Of a stretch of 64,000 nucleotides of DNA, positions 29,979-39,843 are shown piece by piece (positions within the stretch are counted from its first letter, which is position 1; every line of letters begins with the position of its first letter). Made by a program: the position numbers and the translations under genes. The notes below the pieces were generated by a model. The model did not search any database and was not told the origin of the DNA. It saw only the letters and a list, made by a program, of their open reading frames with translations. This DNA comes from Candidatus Woesearchaeota archaeon (GTDB lineage: Archaea; Nanobdellota; Nanobdellia; Woesearchaeales; GW2011-AR9), in assembly GCA_018302605.1 (NCBI GenBank), contig JAGVZN010000019.1:29803-93802 (forward strand). Reading direction: 5' to 3'.

Positions 29979-31255
29979 GATATTGTCAGCGGTGTCTTTA
30001 TCCCAAAAACCACCCTTTGGGCATCATCTTCGATGACAAAGGAGTCTGCAGTGGATGTAGAATTCATGAAGAGAAGGACGTTCTCGATTGGAAAGAACGA
30101 GAAGAGAAACTAAAGATTCTTCTAGAAAGATATAAAGATAAATCCGGAGAGAACTATGACTGTATCATTCCTGTCAGTGGAGCAAGAGATTCTTATTATA
30201 TTGTCCATCTTGTAAAAAATGTGTACGGCCTTAACCCTCTATTAGTAACGTACAATAAACAGTACAACACGGAAATCGGCATTAGAAATCTAGCGAATCT
30301 CAGAACGATATTTGATTGTGATATTCTCACTCTCACCGTCAACCCCGAAACGGTAAAGAAAATAACAAGAGCAACCTTGGTTAAGATGGGGAGCATATAT
30401 TGGCATTGCTTAGCGGGACAAACTGTTTTCCCTGTTCAAGTCGCCGTCCGCTTCAAGATCCCATTGATCATTTGGGGGGCTCATCAAGGATGCGATCAGG
30501 TGGGGATGTTTTCTCATATAGATGAAGTTGAGATGACGAGAAGGTACCGCAAAGAGCACGATTTATTAGGATTCGAAGCGGAAGATAATATCTCAGAACT
30601 GATGCAAGTGAGTGAAGAAGATCTAAAACCATTTGTCTATCCCCATGATAAAGAGATAGAGAAAGTAGGGGTTCGAGGAATTTATCTCAGTAATTATATC
30701 CGTTGGGACTCGAAAAAACAGCATGAAGAGATGATCCAACGGTATGAATATGAAACGATCGCACAAGAGAGGACTATTGATACGTATAATGACGTAGACT
30801 GTTTCCATTATTCTGATCTCCACGATTATATCAAATTTTTAAAATGGGGATATGGAAAAATAACCGACCATGCCACACGTGAGATACGTCTCAAAAGATT
30901 AACACGAAAAGAGGGGATCGAGTTAGTAAAGAGGTATCAAGACCAAAAACCGCAAAATCTTCAGCTATTTCTGAATTGGATCGGGATGACAGAGAAAGGT
31001 TTTTATTACCTCGTCAACCAACATCGAGATCAGAAAATTTGGAAAGAAAAAGAAGGAAATCAATGGGAACTAAGAGATTCTGTGACCAACCACTCCGATG
31101 ATGCTGGTGCCAAAGAAGTAGCCCTCGATAAAGTGGAGAATTGTATCTTCCAACTAACTCATCTCAAGAAAGATCAACCTGAAGAGAAGAGATATACTCT
31201 TATTGGGAGGGGATACATCGATAGGGGTGGGAGGGGAAGAGAGATTAAGAGGTAG
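29975..31255 (+). CDS. Second N-acetyl sugar amidotransferase
   Basis: CQRCLYP...CSGC, YDCIIPVSGARDS, WHC and KFLKWGYGK motifs. Confidence 0.88.
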   Translation: MRYCQRCLYPKNHPLGIIFDDKGVCSGCRIHEEKDVLDWKEREEKLKILLERYKDKSGENYDCIIPVSGARDSYYIVHLVKNVYGLNPLLVTYNKQYNTEIGIRNLANLRTIFDCDILTLTVNPETVKKITRATLVKMGSIYWHCLAGQTVFPVQVAVRFKIPLIIWGAHQGCDQVGMFSHIDEVEMTRRYRKEHDLLGFEAEDNISELMQVSEEDLKPFVYPHDKEIEKVGVRGIYLSNYIRWDSKKQHEEMIQRYEYETIAQERTIDTYNDVDCFHYSDLHDYIKFLKWGYGKITDHATREIRLKRLTRKEGIELVKRYQDQKPQNLQLFLNWIGMTEKGFYYLVNQHRDQKIWKEKEGNQWELRDSVTNHSDDAGAKEVALDKVENCIFQLTHLKKDQPEEKRYTLIGRGYIDRGGRGREIKR

Positions 31256-31263
31256 TACCAAAA

Positions 31264-31836
31264 ATGGAAGAAATAATCAAAAACAAAAAAGAGATCATTA
31301 TCACCGGAAACAGGATCAAATTAGTCTCGTTTACTGACCAGCATCTTCAGGACCCGCATTATTTAATGTGGTTGCGAGATTATGATATTGTCAAGTTTAT
31401 TAATCGGAGAGAATATCTTCAAAAGATCAGTTTTGATGACGTCAAAGAATACATCAAAAACATCAGGGCAAGCAAAAGAGATATATTCTTCGCCATTGAA
31501 ATTCTAGAAAATAACCGTTTCATTGGAACATTCAAGATCGCTGACATTGATATTTACACTAAAAAGGCGGGATTGGGAGTCTTGATTGGAGACAAATCAC
31601 TCTGGGGAAGCGGTCTGGCTAGCGAAGCTATCAGCCTGGGGATTGACTTCTGTTTTAATATCATGGGATTACACAAGATCTGTGGTGGATGTATCGAGCC
31701 CAACACAGGGATGAAAAAAATATTTGAAAAACTCGGCTTTAGCAAAGAAGGACACTTCAAAGAACATGATCTTTTTGAAGGAAGATACATTGATCATATC
31801 CATTATGGCTTATTACGAAAAGATTACCACCATTAA
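31264..31836 (+). CDS. GNAT N-acetyltransferase (RimL/PseH-like)
   Basis: IGDKSLWGSG and N...FEKLGF..EG motifs. Confidence 0.85.
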   Translation: MEEIIKNKKEIIITGNRIKLVSFTDQHLQDPHYLMWLRDYDIVKFINRREYLQKISFDDVKEYIKNIRASKRDIFFAIEILENNRFIGTFKIADIDIYTKKAGLGVLIGDKSLWGSGLASEAISLGIDFCFNIMGLHKICGGCIEPNTGMKKIFEKLGFSKEGHFKEHDLFEGRYIDHIHYGLLRKDYHH

Positions 31837-31879
31837 AAAGAAAGCTAACTGCACCCCCGCACTGTCAAAGTAGGCTGGG

Positions 31880-32818
31880 TCATTTTTTGACTGCGTGAAT
31901 CTGAATAAACGTTGGTCGTAATACTTTCTTCCGAATCAGATGGGAATCTAAGAATTTAAGGAAACGAGCTAAAGCATACTTATCATCTCCTCGCAACCCG
32001 CCAATCAACTTATCAATAAATGCATCCGAATATTCGACTCTTTGAACCTGAAAGTATTTCTTTATCCCGTCAAGCATTCCTTCTTCAGACGAATTGATAT
32101 TATCCATCGGAGACTGTTCATGCTCTCCCTGGAAAGTATATTCATTGTAGATATCATTAACATAAGCATCCCAAGAAGCAGGATCGCCGATCTTATTGAA
32201 TTTCTCCTCAAATGATATCCACGTTGGTAAAACTGCTCTGAGAATCGCAGCAAACTCCGCCTGATCTTTCGTAAAATTATCTTCTATCGGTTCACAGACA
32301 ATGAGGTTGCCCTTTTTCTTCAACGCTCGATGAACTTTCTGGAGGACACGATCAATGTCCGCAAGATGATGGAGGGATCCAAAAAAAATGATAGAATCAT
32401 AGGTCTCTGTTCCGAGATCGAACGAAAGAATATCAGCACATTGATAATGCAATTTCAATTTTAAATGGTGATCAGTGAATTCCTGAGCAATCTTAATGCT
32501 TTGAGGAGACAAGTCTACACCGAGGACATCAAGACCATTTCTGGCAAGTTCCAGAGAAAGATAACCATAACCACAGCCGAGTTCAACAACTTTTCCCCCT
32601 CTCTCTCGAGCAATATTTAGCACAAAATCAACTTTTGGTAATAGATGAATCTTCACAAATTCAGGATCACGCCAGACATTATTATAAAACCAATCCACCT
32701 TCTTTAAACGTCGAAGATCAGGAATAAATCCATTCTTAATTCTCTCATCAACTTGACGGTCAAAAGCTTCAGCCTCTTTCTTCAATAGTTCATTGGGGTC
32801 GGTGTTATGAAGATTCAT
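31880..32818 (-). CDS. Class I SAM-dependent methyltransferase
   Basis: VELGCGYG, GVDLS and SLHH motifs. Confidence 0.88.
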   Translation of the reverse strand: MNLHNTDPNELLKKEAEAFDRQVDERIKNGFIPDLRRLKKVDWFYNNVWRDPEFVKIHLLPKVDFVLNIARERGGKVVELGCGYGYLSLELARNGLDVLGVDLSPQSIKIAQEFTDHHLKLKLHYQCADILSFDLGTETYDSIIFFGSLHHLADIDRVLQKVHRALKKKGNLIVCEPIEDNFTKDQAEFAAILRAVLPTWISFEEKFNKIGDPASWDAYVNDIYNEYTFQGEHEQSPMDNINSSEEGMLDGIKKYFQVQRVEYSDAFIDKLIGGLRGDDKYALARFLKFLDSHLIRKKVLRPTFIQIHAVKK

Positions 32819-34062
32819 GAAGACTTTTTCCTCTCTGCCTCAACTTGAAGAATCGTTTCACGCAAAGCTTTTGCCTGTTCCCGAGCTTCTTCTAAGTCAA
32901 GATAATTAGTTTTAAAATGCATTAACTTTGGCTGTAATCGTTCGGCAACAGGACAAAGGCCCGGCTTATATTCCTGTTTTTTTCCTTTATACAAATCCGA
33001 ATCGATTGGGAAAAAAACACCGAGGAATTGTCGGTTTTGAAAGATTGGTTCATTATACGTTAACTGCCAAGCGCCATAGAAAAAATCACCACCCAGAGAA
33101 TAAAACTTCTTACGGAAGTCCTGCCAGGAACAACCCGCTTCTTTCTCTTCAAAACGACAAACAAATGTCCAGTAGGAATTAATATAACCTGGAGGTGCAT
33201 ATTGTGGTACGAGCCAGGAACAGTCCCCTACAGCTTCTCTAAAGAGAGCGCCAATCTTCATCCTCATTTCAACAAGTTCATCAATTCTCTCAGTCTGTTC
33301 CAAAGCGACTGCGCCCTGAAGATCAGACATGCGATAATTCCACCCCATGGAATCATGACGAAGAGATGTTGGATCACCTCGATCTTTCTTGGCGATCACA
33401 CCTCCACTCGAACCAGTTAGTGTATGATATCCAAAACAAGAAAATTTTCGTACTGCTGTCGCTAATTTTTCATCATTAGTGATAACAATTCCCCCATCAC
33501 CACACGTGATGTGTTTAGAAGCTTGTAGGCTAAAGCTTGCCATATGACCTAAAGTTCCAACCAACTTGCTTTTATAGGTACTCAAAAGACATTCAGCGCT
33601 ATCTTCGATGACAGCCAAATTGTGTTCGCGAGCGATCTTCATGATTTCATCCATATCCGCGGGCAAGCCGTAAAGATGTACTGGAATAATCGCTTTGGTG
33701 AGAGGGGTAATTCTCTCTTTAATGCTCTTTGGATCAATATTGAACGTCCGTGGATCAATATCCGCAAACACGGGGATTGCCCCTTGATGTAAGACACAAT
33801 ACGTAGTCGCCGCTGCCGTCAATGGGGGGACAATAACCTCATCGCCTGGCTTCACACCGGCTGCCGCCAGGCATGAATGCATTGTTGCGGTACCATTAGA
33901 ATGCGCAATGCCATAGGTAACACCCATTCTTTTGGCAAAGGCTTTCTCAAAACGATTAGTACAGCCTGGACCAGAAGAATTGCCAAACCCATATTCAACA
34001 ACTTCTTTGAGATACGTTAACGCCTTAGAACTGACTCTTCCCGGATGACCTTTTTTTTCCAT
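32815..34062 (-). CDS. DegT/DnrJ/EryC1/StrS sugar aminotransferase
   Basis: SNGT, PVHLYG, EDSAE, FSLQASKHITCGDGG and GWNYRM motifs. Confidence 0.92.
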   Translation of the reverse strand: MEKKGHPGRVSSKALTYLKEVVEYGFGNSSGPGCTNRFEKAFAKRMGVTYGIAHSNGTATMHSCLAAAGVKPGDEVIVPPLTAAATTYCVLHQGAIPVFADIDPRTFNIDPKSIKERITPLTKAIIPVHLYGLPADMDEIMKIAREHNLAVIEDSAECLLSTYKSKLVGTLGHMASFSLQASKHITCGDGGIVITNDEKLATAVRKFSCFGYHTLTGSSGGVIAKKDRGDPTSLRHDSMGWNYRMSDLQGAVALEQTERIDELVEMRMKIGALFREAVGDCSWLVPQYAPPGYINSYWTFVCRFEEKEAGCSWQDFRKKFYSLGGDFFYGAWQLTYNEPIFQNRQFLGVFFPIDSDLYKGKKQEYKPGLCPVAERLQPKLMHFKTNYLDLEEAREQAKALRETILQVEAERKKSS

Positions 34063-34067
34063 TGCAA

Positions 34068-35471
34068 TTATTCCCCCATCTTATCAAGATATGTTTTGTA
34101 ATTAGAATACTTCGCATGAGTATAATCATCATAACGACCTTTCTCTAGAGAATCCATGATCTCTGCAATTCCTTCCGGAACACTCCATTTCGCAACAAAA
34201 CCTAATTCGTCTTTTATTTTTGAAAACGAAACGCGATAGTTCCTTTTATCGACATCCTGGTCGTCCACAGAAACCATAGCATCATGGACCTTTTGGGAGA
34301 TTGCTTCCGCAACATGAAAAATGGTTAAATTATTCTTTTCCGTACCAACATTAAAGATCTGGCCACGAACTTTTTCCAACGGAGATTCCAAAGCCAAAAC
34401 AATCGCTTGCGCCACATCTTCAACATGGACAAAAGGACGCCACTGATCACCGCCAAAAACAGTTATTTTCTTCTCTTTCAGAGCTTTCGCCGTCAATAAG
34501 TTTATAACGAGATCAAAGCGCATTCTCGGAGAAACACCGAAGACCGTAGATAGTCTAAAGATTGTGGGAGAGAAAAAGCCATCATCCATGCTCAAAATAG
34601 CTTGCTCGGCTTGAATCTTCATCCGCGCATAGAGAGATACAGGATTTAAGTTTGACTCTTCATCCAATAATTGGTCATTAATGCTTTCACCATAGACACT
34701 ACAAGAGGAAGTGTAAATAAATCGATTGATCTGGAAATACTTACAGACCTGAGCAACCATTTGGGTAGAAAGGAAATTAACCTGTTGTGTCTTTTGTGAA
34801 TCTACTGCACAGGCAGGATCGCCGACGATCTCCCCAAGTTGGACAACCGCATCGACGTCTTTCGTCGCAGTGATAATATTGTTAATATTTCCAATATCTC
34901 CTTGAATCAAAGTAAAATTCTCATTTTGAAGATGTGGCTCGATCGCCTCTCGTCCAAATAACAGGAGGTCTAAAACCACAACTTTATAGCCACGAGCGAG
35001 AAGCTTCCCCACAAGCACCGACCCGATATACCCTGCGCCGCCAACGACAAGAATTTTTCTTCCTCCCTTGGGGTGGGACGAGAAGAACGATGGAGACAAA
35101 AGAGATTGCTTCGACGCCTCGATACGGCTCCGCAGAACAATATTTGTTATTTTTCCCCCTTGATTAACGATGGGAAGATGGTTTATATCTTTATCGTGTA
35201 ATAATTTCATGACTTCCTGTTGAGTAAACCCCTCCTGCAAAGAGACGGCAGACGTATTCATGATCGCATCTATCGAGGTAGACAGTCCAAATCCTTTGAT
35301 AATTGCTCTTCGAATGTCCCCATCGGTAACTAAGCCGAGAAATTGCTGAGTAGAATCTACAACAACAGCAACACCATGGCCGTGGTGGTCTATCTTCTTC
35401 ATCACTTCACGTAAGGAATGATGGGGTCCTACAAAAAAAGCGTTAAGCTCATCTTTGCTTACTCCGAGCAT
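34068..35471 (-). CDS. CBS-pair + NAD-dependent epimerase/dehydratase fusion
   Basis: GLVTDGDIRR (CBS), then GGAGYIGS, SSCSVYG, YARMK and RFDLVIN. Confidence 0.88.
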   Translation of the reverse strand: MLGVSKDELNAFFVGPHHSLREVMKKIDHHGHGVAVVVDSTQQFLGLVTDGDIRRAIIKGFGLSTSIDAIMNTSAVSLQEGFTQQEVMKLLHDKDINHLPIVNQGGKITNIVLRSRIEASKQSLLSPSFFSSHPKGGRKILVVGGAGYIGSVLVGKLLARGYKVVVLDLLLFGREAIEPHLQNENFTLIQGDIGNINNIITATKDVDAVVQLGEIVGDPACAVDSQKTQQVNFLSTQMVAQVCKYFQINRFIYTSSCSVYGESINDQLLDEESNLNPVSLYARMKIQAEQAILSMDDGFFSPTIFRLSTVFGVSPRMRFDLVINLLTAKALKEKKITVFGGDQWRPFVHVEDVAQAIVLALESPLEKVRGQIFNVGTEKNNLTIFHVAEAISQKVHDAMVSVDDQDVDKRNYRVSFSKIKDELGFVAKWSVPEGIAEIMDSLEKGRYDDYTHAKYSNYKTYLDKMGE

Positions 35472-37392
35472 TTAATAGTTCACCTCTAATTTTTCCGATT
35501 GCATCGCAGATAAAATCTATTTCCTCAGGAGTCATATGAGAATAAAGAGGCAGACTGATGATATTCTGGGAAATCGTTTCTGTCAACTGAAGAGGATGAC
35601 GCGCTTCTGTATCACGATACGCATCCTGTTGGTGAAGAGGCGGATAGAAATAATTCTTTGTCTGGATCCCTTTTTCCAGTAAGCGGGAGGAAAGTTCATC
35701 ACGTGGAACACCAAAGAGAGCAGGATCGATCAGAAGCGAGAAGTCTTTGTGAGTACTCTCTGCTCCTTCACCGATTTTCTGGAAAGAGATCCCGGGATAT
35801 GACCCGAGCTGCTTCTTATAATACGCTACTAGCTCATTTCGTCGACGGATGTTTTCTTTTAACATTGCCAACGAATGCAAACCAAGAAGCGCATGAAATT
35901 CACTCATCCGAGAACTAAGACCGGGATAATGACAATTATAATCTCCGGGGTCTCCATAAACCCGACCGATTCTGATCTTCCGCGCAAGGTCATCATCATT
36001 TGTCGTGACAATTCCCCCTTCACCAGTTACTAATAACTTCGTCGGAGAGCAGCTGAAAACTTCGGCATCACCAAAAGTGCTTACATTTCTTGAACCAACC
36101 CTAGAACCAAGGGCGTGAGCAGCATCAAAAATCAATTTGATATTGTGTTCTTTGGCAATCTTCTCTAGCTCTATGACATTTGCTGGACAACCAAAAAGAT
36201 GGACACCTAAAATCGCGGAAGTTTTATCGGTGATCGCTTCTCTTACTTTCTGGGGATCAATAGTATAAGTCTCTGGATCTACTTCAACAAAAACAGGTTT
36301 TAGTCCGTTCCATAAAATAGCATGTCCTGTCGCAGAAAAAGTAAAACTAGGGACGATTACCTCACCTTTCAAGCCCAATGCTTTCATCACTAACATCAAA
36401 CCGGAAGTGCAGGATGAAACTGCGATGACGTGCTTGACACCAAAGAATTCTTGAAGAGAGCGTTCTAACTTCTGAACATATTTATGATTAGTGATCAATC
36501 CTGAAGCAAAGATAGAACGTAATTCCGGCTCAATTTCTTCATAAGAAGGAAGAGTTGGCTTTGTGATGGGAATCATCTCTCTTGGTTGAGATAGCCTTTC
36601 TCTCATTTCTTTCTGGAAAACGAGCATTTGGATGGAACTATAGTTGCCCATGGCCGGGAGAAAACTGAAGAACTCAACAAATTTGTTATTATAAACAATT
36701 CCTTTAGATTTGTCCATCAAACTAGGGTATAAGACGCGTGCTCCGAAGTAATAAGTACTCAAGAAATGAGCATCTTGCCCTACATTTACTTCTTTAAACA
36801 AGGAAGCATTATGTTCTCGCAATTTCTTTTTATCAAAGAAATGATTGTGAAAAGGCTGAGGGATAGGCTCAAGACCAACTACATCTCTTGCTTTGTTTAA
36901 CTCGTCCCAACCATCAGTGAAAGATTCAACCATCAAGAAATAACCGTTGGGTTTCAGAACACGAGCGATCTCTTTCAACGCCTGTTGTTGACTCTCCCAA
37001 GAGTCAAGATTGATTAAGCATCTCTCTGTGATGACAAGTGAAAAAGAATTATCTGGAAAATCTAAATGAAGAGCATCGCCCCATTGAAAATGGGCTTTTT
37101 TCAGATTTCTCTTTTTAGCGATATCTAATAACTCGTTAGAGAAGTCAACCCCATAATAGGGGTTGAGGTAATCATTTCTTTCTAGCTCGGAAGCAAAAAA
37201 ACCGTTGCCGCAACCAATTTCAAGAAGGGGCGGTGTCGAACCGAGATTCTTGTTGACTAGATTCAATACTTTAAGTAGTTCTTGAATTTCTTTATCACGA
37301 ATGATAACATCCATCATCGTTGATTGCTTTGAACCTTGAAACAATTCCGCCTGTTTTTTGTAATGTTCTTTAACTTCGTCCGACCACACCAT
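35449..37392 (-). CDS. Methyltransferase + DegT aminotransferase fusion
   Basis: LEIGCGNG and ERCLIN (MTase), then SSCTSG, DAAHALG and FSCSPTKLLVTGEGG (PLP lysine). Confidence 0.88.
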   Translation of the reverse strand: MVWSDEVKEHYKKQAELFQGSKQSTMMDVIIRDKEIQELLKVLNLVNKNLGSTPPLLEIGCGNGFFASELERNDYLNPYYGVDFSNELLDIAKKRNLKKAHFQWGDALHLDFPDNSFSLVITERCLINLDSWESQQQALKEIARVLKPNGYFLMVESFTDGWDELNKARDVVGLEPIPQPFHNHFFDKKKLREHNASLFKEVNVGQDAHFLSTYYFGARVLYPSLMDKSKGIVYNNKFVEFFSFLPAMGNYSSIQMLVFQKEMRERLSQPREMIPITKPTLPSYEEIEPELRSIFASGLITNHKYVQKLERSLQEFFGVKHVIAVSSCTSGLMLVMKALGLKGEVIVPSFTFSATGHAILWNGLKPVFVEVDPETYTIDPQKVREAITDKTSAILGVHLFGCPANVIELEKIAKEHNIKLIFDAAHALGSRVGSRNVSTFGDAEVFSCSPTKLLVTGEGGIVTTNDDDLARKIRIGRVYGDPGDYNCHYPGLSSRMSEFHALLGLHSLAMLKENIRRRNELVAYYKKQLGSYPGISFQKIGEGAESTHKDFSLLIDPALFGVPRDELSSRLLEKGIQTKNYFYPPLHQQDAYRDTEARHPLQLTETISQNIISLPLYSHMTPEEIDFICDAIGKIRGELLNARSKQR

Positions 37393-37474
37393 GACCCCTG
37401 AAAGAAGTAAGATGGTTTTTAAATTTTGTTAAATTAAAGTTCTACTAAACAGGAGTTCTGCTTCAGCTAAACCT

Positions 37475-37600
37475 TCGAAAAAGTCGCCATGACCAAGAGG
37501 TAGGAATTTGAACAGCTTTAGTTCCTCGTATTGGTGCCGCATCATTAATGGACAAACAGCCGGAGCGGCACAAATTCTACGGCCAAGGCGACATTTTCGA
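37475..37600. repeat. About 126-bp inverted-repeat-bounded intergenic element
   Basis: TCGAAAAAGTCGCCATGACC...GTAGGAATTTG versus CAAATTCTACGGCCAAGGCGACATTTTCGA, with an inner GTGCCGC/GCGGCAC stem. Confidence 0.65.
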
Positions 37601-37668
37601 GATTTTCTACAGAGCTACTTAACTCCCATTGCATAATCTTTATAAGCGATTTTCGATCGGAGCAGTAT

Positions 37669-39819
37669 ATGGTTTTGAGGGTTGTGGGAAAAAGTGATTT
37701 GGTGAGGTTATGCTCGTTTACACCAACAGATTTTGAACGATACGAATTGTATTTGCCGCTTCTCGAAGAGAACATGATCTCAGAGAGAATAGCTGCACTC
37801 CCCAATCATCTCAAAATTAGTTCTATTCATAATCCCACCTGGATGAAAGTGAATGGTCGGTTGCATCCCTTCGATCTGTCTGCAGAAGGTGTGGTCGGAG
37901 AAGCTTCTGATCAATCTTTACGTGGAACGATCAATCTCGCGCTGAAAGTGAGTGCACGAGTCATTGTAATCCACGGTGCGACATGGAATATCTATACTCA
38001 AACGAAAGAGGAAGCATTTGGCCGACTGGCATCGCGAGTACTACCACTCATTGAAAAATATCCACAAATCTCTTTTTGCTTTGAGACAGATACGTTGTGG
38101 CACAATCTTTACTTTCATCGACGAGCGTTATTGACCGATGAAAAAGACTTCGCATATTTAGACTTGTTACTGGGAGGAAGGCTGAAGATAACGGCTGACT
38201 TTGAACACCTGAACATATCTTACCACTTTTCGGAATTTATAACATCATTGGGTGGGGAAGATGATTTCCTTAAACGCTATACTGCTGATGGACAAAAAGC
38301 ATTTGAGTTAGATTGCCAGACATTTATTAAAAAACATTTTGAACAGTTGCAAGTTGGATTTAAGAATCATTTGGAATCATTCTTTAGCCGTTTTCAGAAT
38401 AAGATTGAACATATTCACATCAACGGTTCAGATTGTTGCAACTTTATCTTCGATCCTAAGACGACACTGCCTCTTGTTGGGGAGCATTTACCCGTAGGCT
38501 TCTCTCGCGAGAATGTTTCAGATAAGTTGGATTATTCCTTTATTGCGCGGCTGCTTCATTCTCTCCCAACGGAAAAACAGATTGATGTTGTTCTCGAGGT
38601 GTGGATGAAAGATGAGCGTGATTTCAGGACAATCTCTGTGGAATCAAAGATATTTTTAGAAGAAAAATTAAGTTCTCGAGGTGGAATTATGAATAATATT
38701 AATAATAACGTAAGTATTGAAGCTGCTGCAGAAAATATGAAAAGTGTTCTCATCGGAAAATTTGAAATCAAAAATTTTGGAAGGCCATTTATCATCGCTG
38801 AAATTGGTGCCAATCATAACGGGAATATTGACCTCGCAAAGAAAATGATTGATGCTGCAGTTGCCGCTGGCGCGGATTGTGCAAAATTTCAATCATGGAC
38901 CAAGAAAAGTATCTTCTCACGAGGAGTTTACGAAAACAACGCCGCTTTAGAGAAAGATATTGATACATACAGCTTTGAAGCAGAAAAGTATCGCGAGCTT
39001 AAGAGATATTGTGAAGAAAAGCACATTTTATTTGGGACAAGCGTGTTCTGTGAAAAAGAAGCAGACTTTTTTGTAGACGAGTTAAATGTCGATTTTGTCA
39101 AAATTGCTTCCATGGACGTAAATAACCTACCCTTTTTAGAATACCTTGCGCAGAAAGGAAAGCCATTAATTCTCTCGACAGGCCTTTCCACTCTTCCGGA
39201 AATTGCCGAAGCAGTAGCCACTATCACGAAACATAATCAGAAGTTGATTATCTTACACTGCCTCTCCGTCTATCCTGATGATCCCAATAAGAATTCTCCT
39301 CGCGCGGGAGTTGGTGGTGAAGCTGAAAGGACATTTTTGCAGGGAGCGGGGATTAACCTCCTAAATATCGACATGTTGCGGAACAACTTCAGTTACCCTA
39401 TTGGCTTCTCCGACAATACACCGGGCGTCTTTATGCCTCTAGCAGCAGTAGCACGCGGAGCATGTGTAGTCGAAAAACACTTCACTACGGATCACCATCT
39501 GGAAGGCTGGGATCACGGAATCTCTGCGGATCCAACCGAGATAAAATTAATTGTCGATGGTGCTCGTGCAATCAGTCAAGGGTTGGGTTCTTACCAACGT
39601 TCTCTCTCTGCAAAAGAGAGAAATATGATCCCCATTTTTCGACGTAGTATCGTCATAAAACAGCCGTTGCCTGCAGGACATATCCTGCGTAGGGAGGATA
39701 TTGAGTTCAAACGTCCGGGGACGGGAATTGAACCAAAACATCTATCGTTCATTATCGGCCGCCAACTAAAACGAGCCGTTAGTAGTGATGTTTTATTGAA
39801 CAAAGAGGATTTAGTCTAA
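37669..39819 (+). CDS. neuB: Xylose-isomerase-like TIM barrel + NeuB-family nonulosonate synthase (with SAF domain) fusion
   Basis: N-domain IH, FE, DFEH, HIH, EHLP, LE. C-domain IIAEIGANHNG, AKFQ, KIAS, LSTG, LHC, EKHFT, KRPG-GI. Confidence 0.85.
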   Translation: MVLRVVGKSDLVRLCSFTPTDFERYELYLPLLEENMISERIAALPNHLKISSIHNPTWMKVNGRLHPFDLSAEGVVGEASDQSLRGTINLALKVSARVIVIHGATWNIYTQTKEEAFGRLASRVLPLIEKYPQISFCFETDTLWHNLYFHRRALLTDEKDFAYLDLLLGGRLKITADFEHLNISYHFSEFITSLGGEDDFLKRYTADGQKAFELDCQTFIKKHFEQLQVGFKNHLESFFSRFQNKIEHIHINGSDCCNFIFDPKTTLPLVGEHLPVGFSRENVSDKLDYSFIARLLHSLPTEKQIDVVLEVWMKDERDFRTISVESKIFLEEKLSSRGGIMNNINNNVSIEAAAENMKSVLIGKFEIKNFGRPFIIAEIGANHNGNIDLAKKMIDAAVAAGADCAKFQSWTKKSIFSRGVYENNAALEKDIDTYSFEAEKYRELKRYCEEKHILFGTSVFCEKEADFFVDELNVDFVKIASMDVNNLPFLEYLAQKGKPLILSTGLSTLPEIAEAVATITKHNQKLIILHCLSVYPDDPNKNSPRAGVGGEAERTFLQGAGINLLNIDMLRNNFSYPIGFSDNTPGVFMPLAAVARGACVVEKHFTTDHHLEGWDHGISADPTEIKLIVDGARAISQGLGSYQRSLSAKERNMIPIFRRSIVIKQPLPAGHILRREDIEFKRPGTGIEPKHLSFIIGRQLKRAVSSDVLLNKEDLV

Positions 39820-39843
39820 TTGGAACATTACTGAGGACTATAA

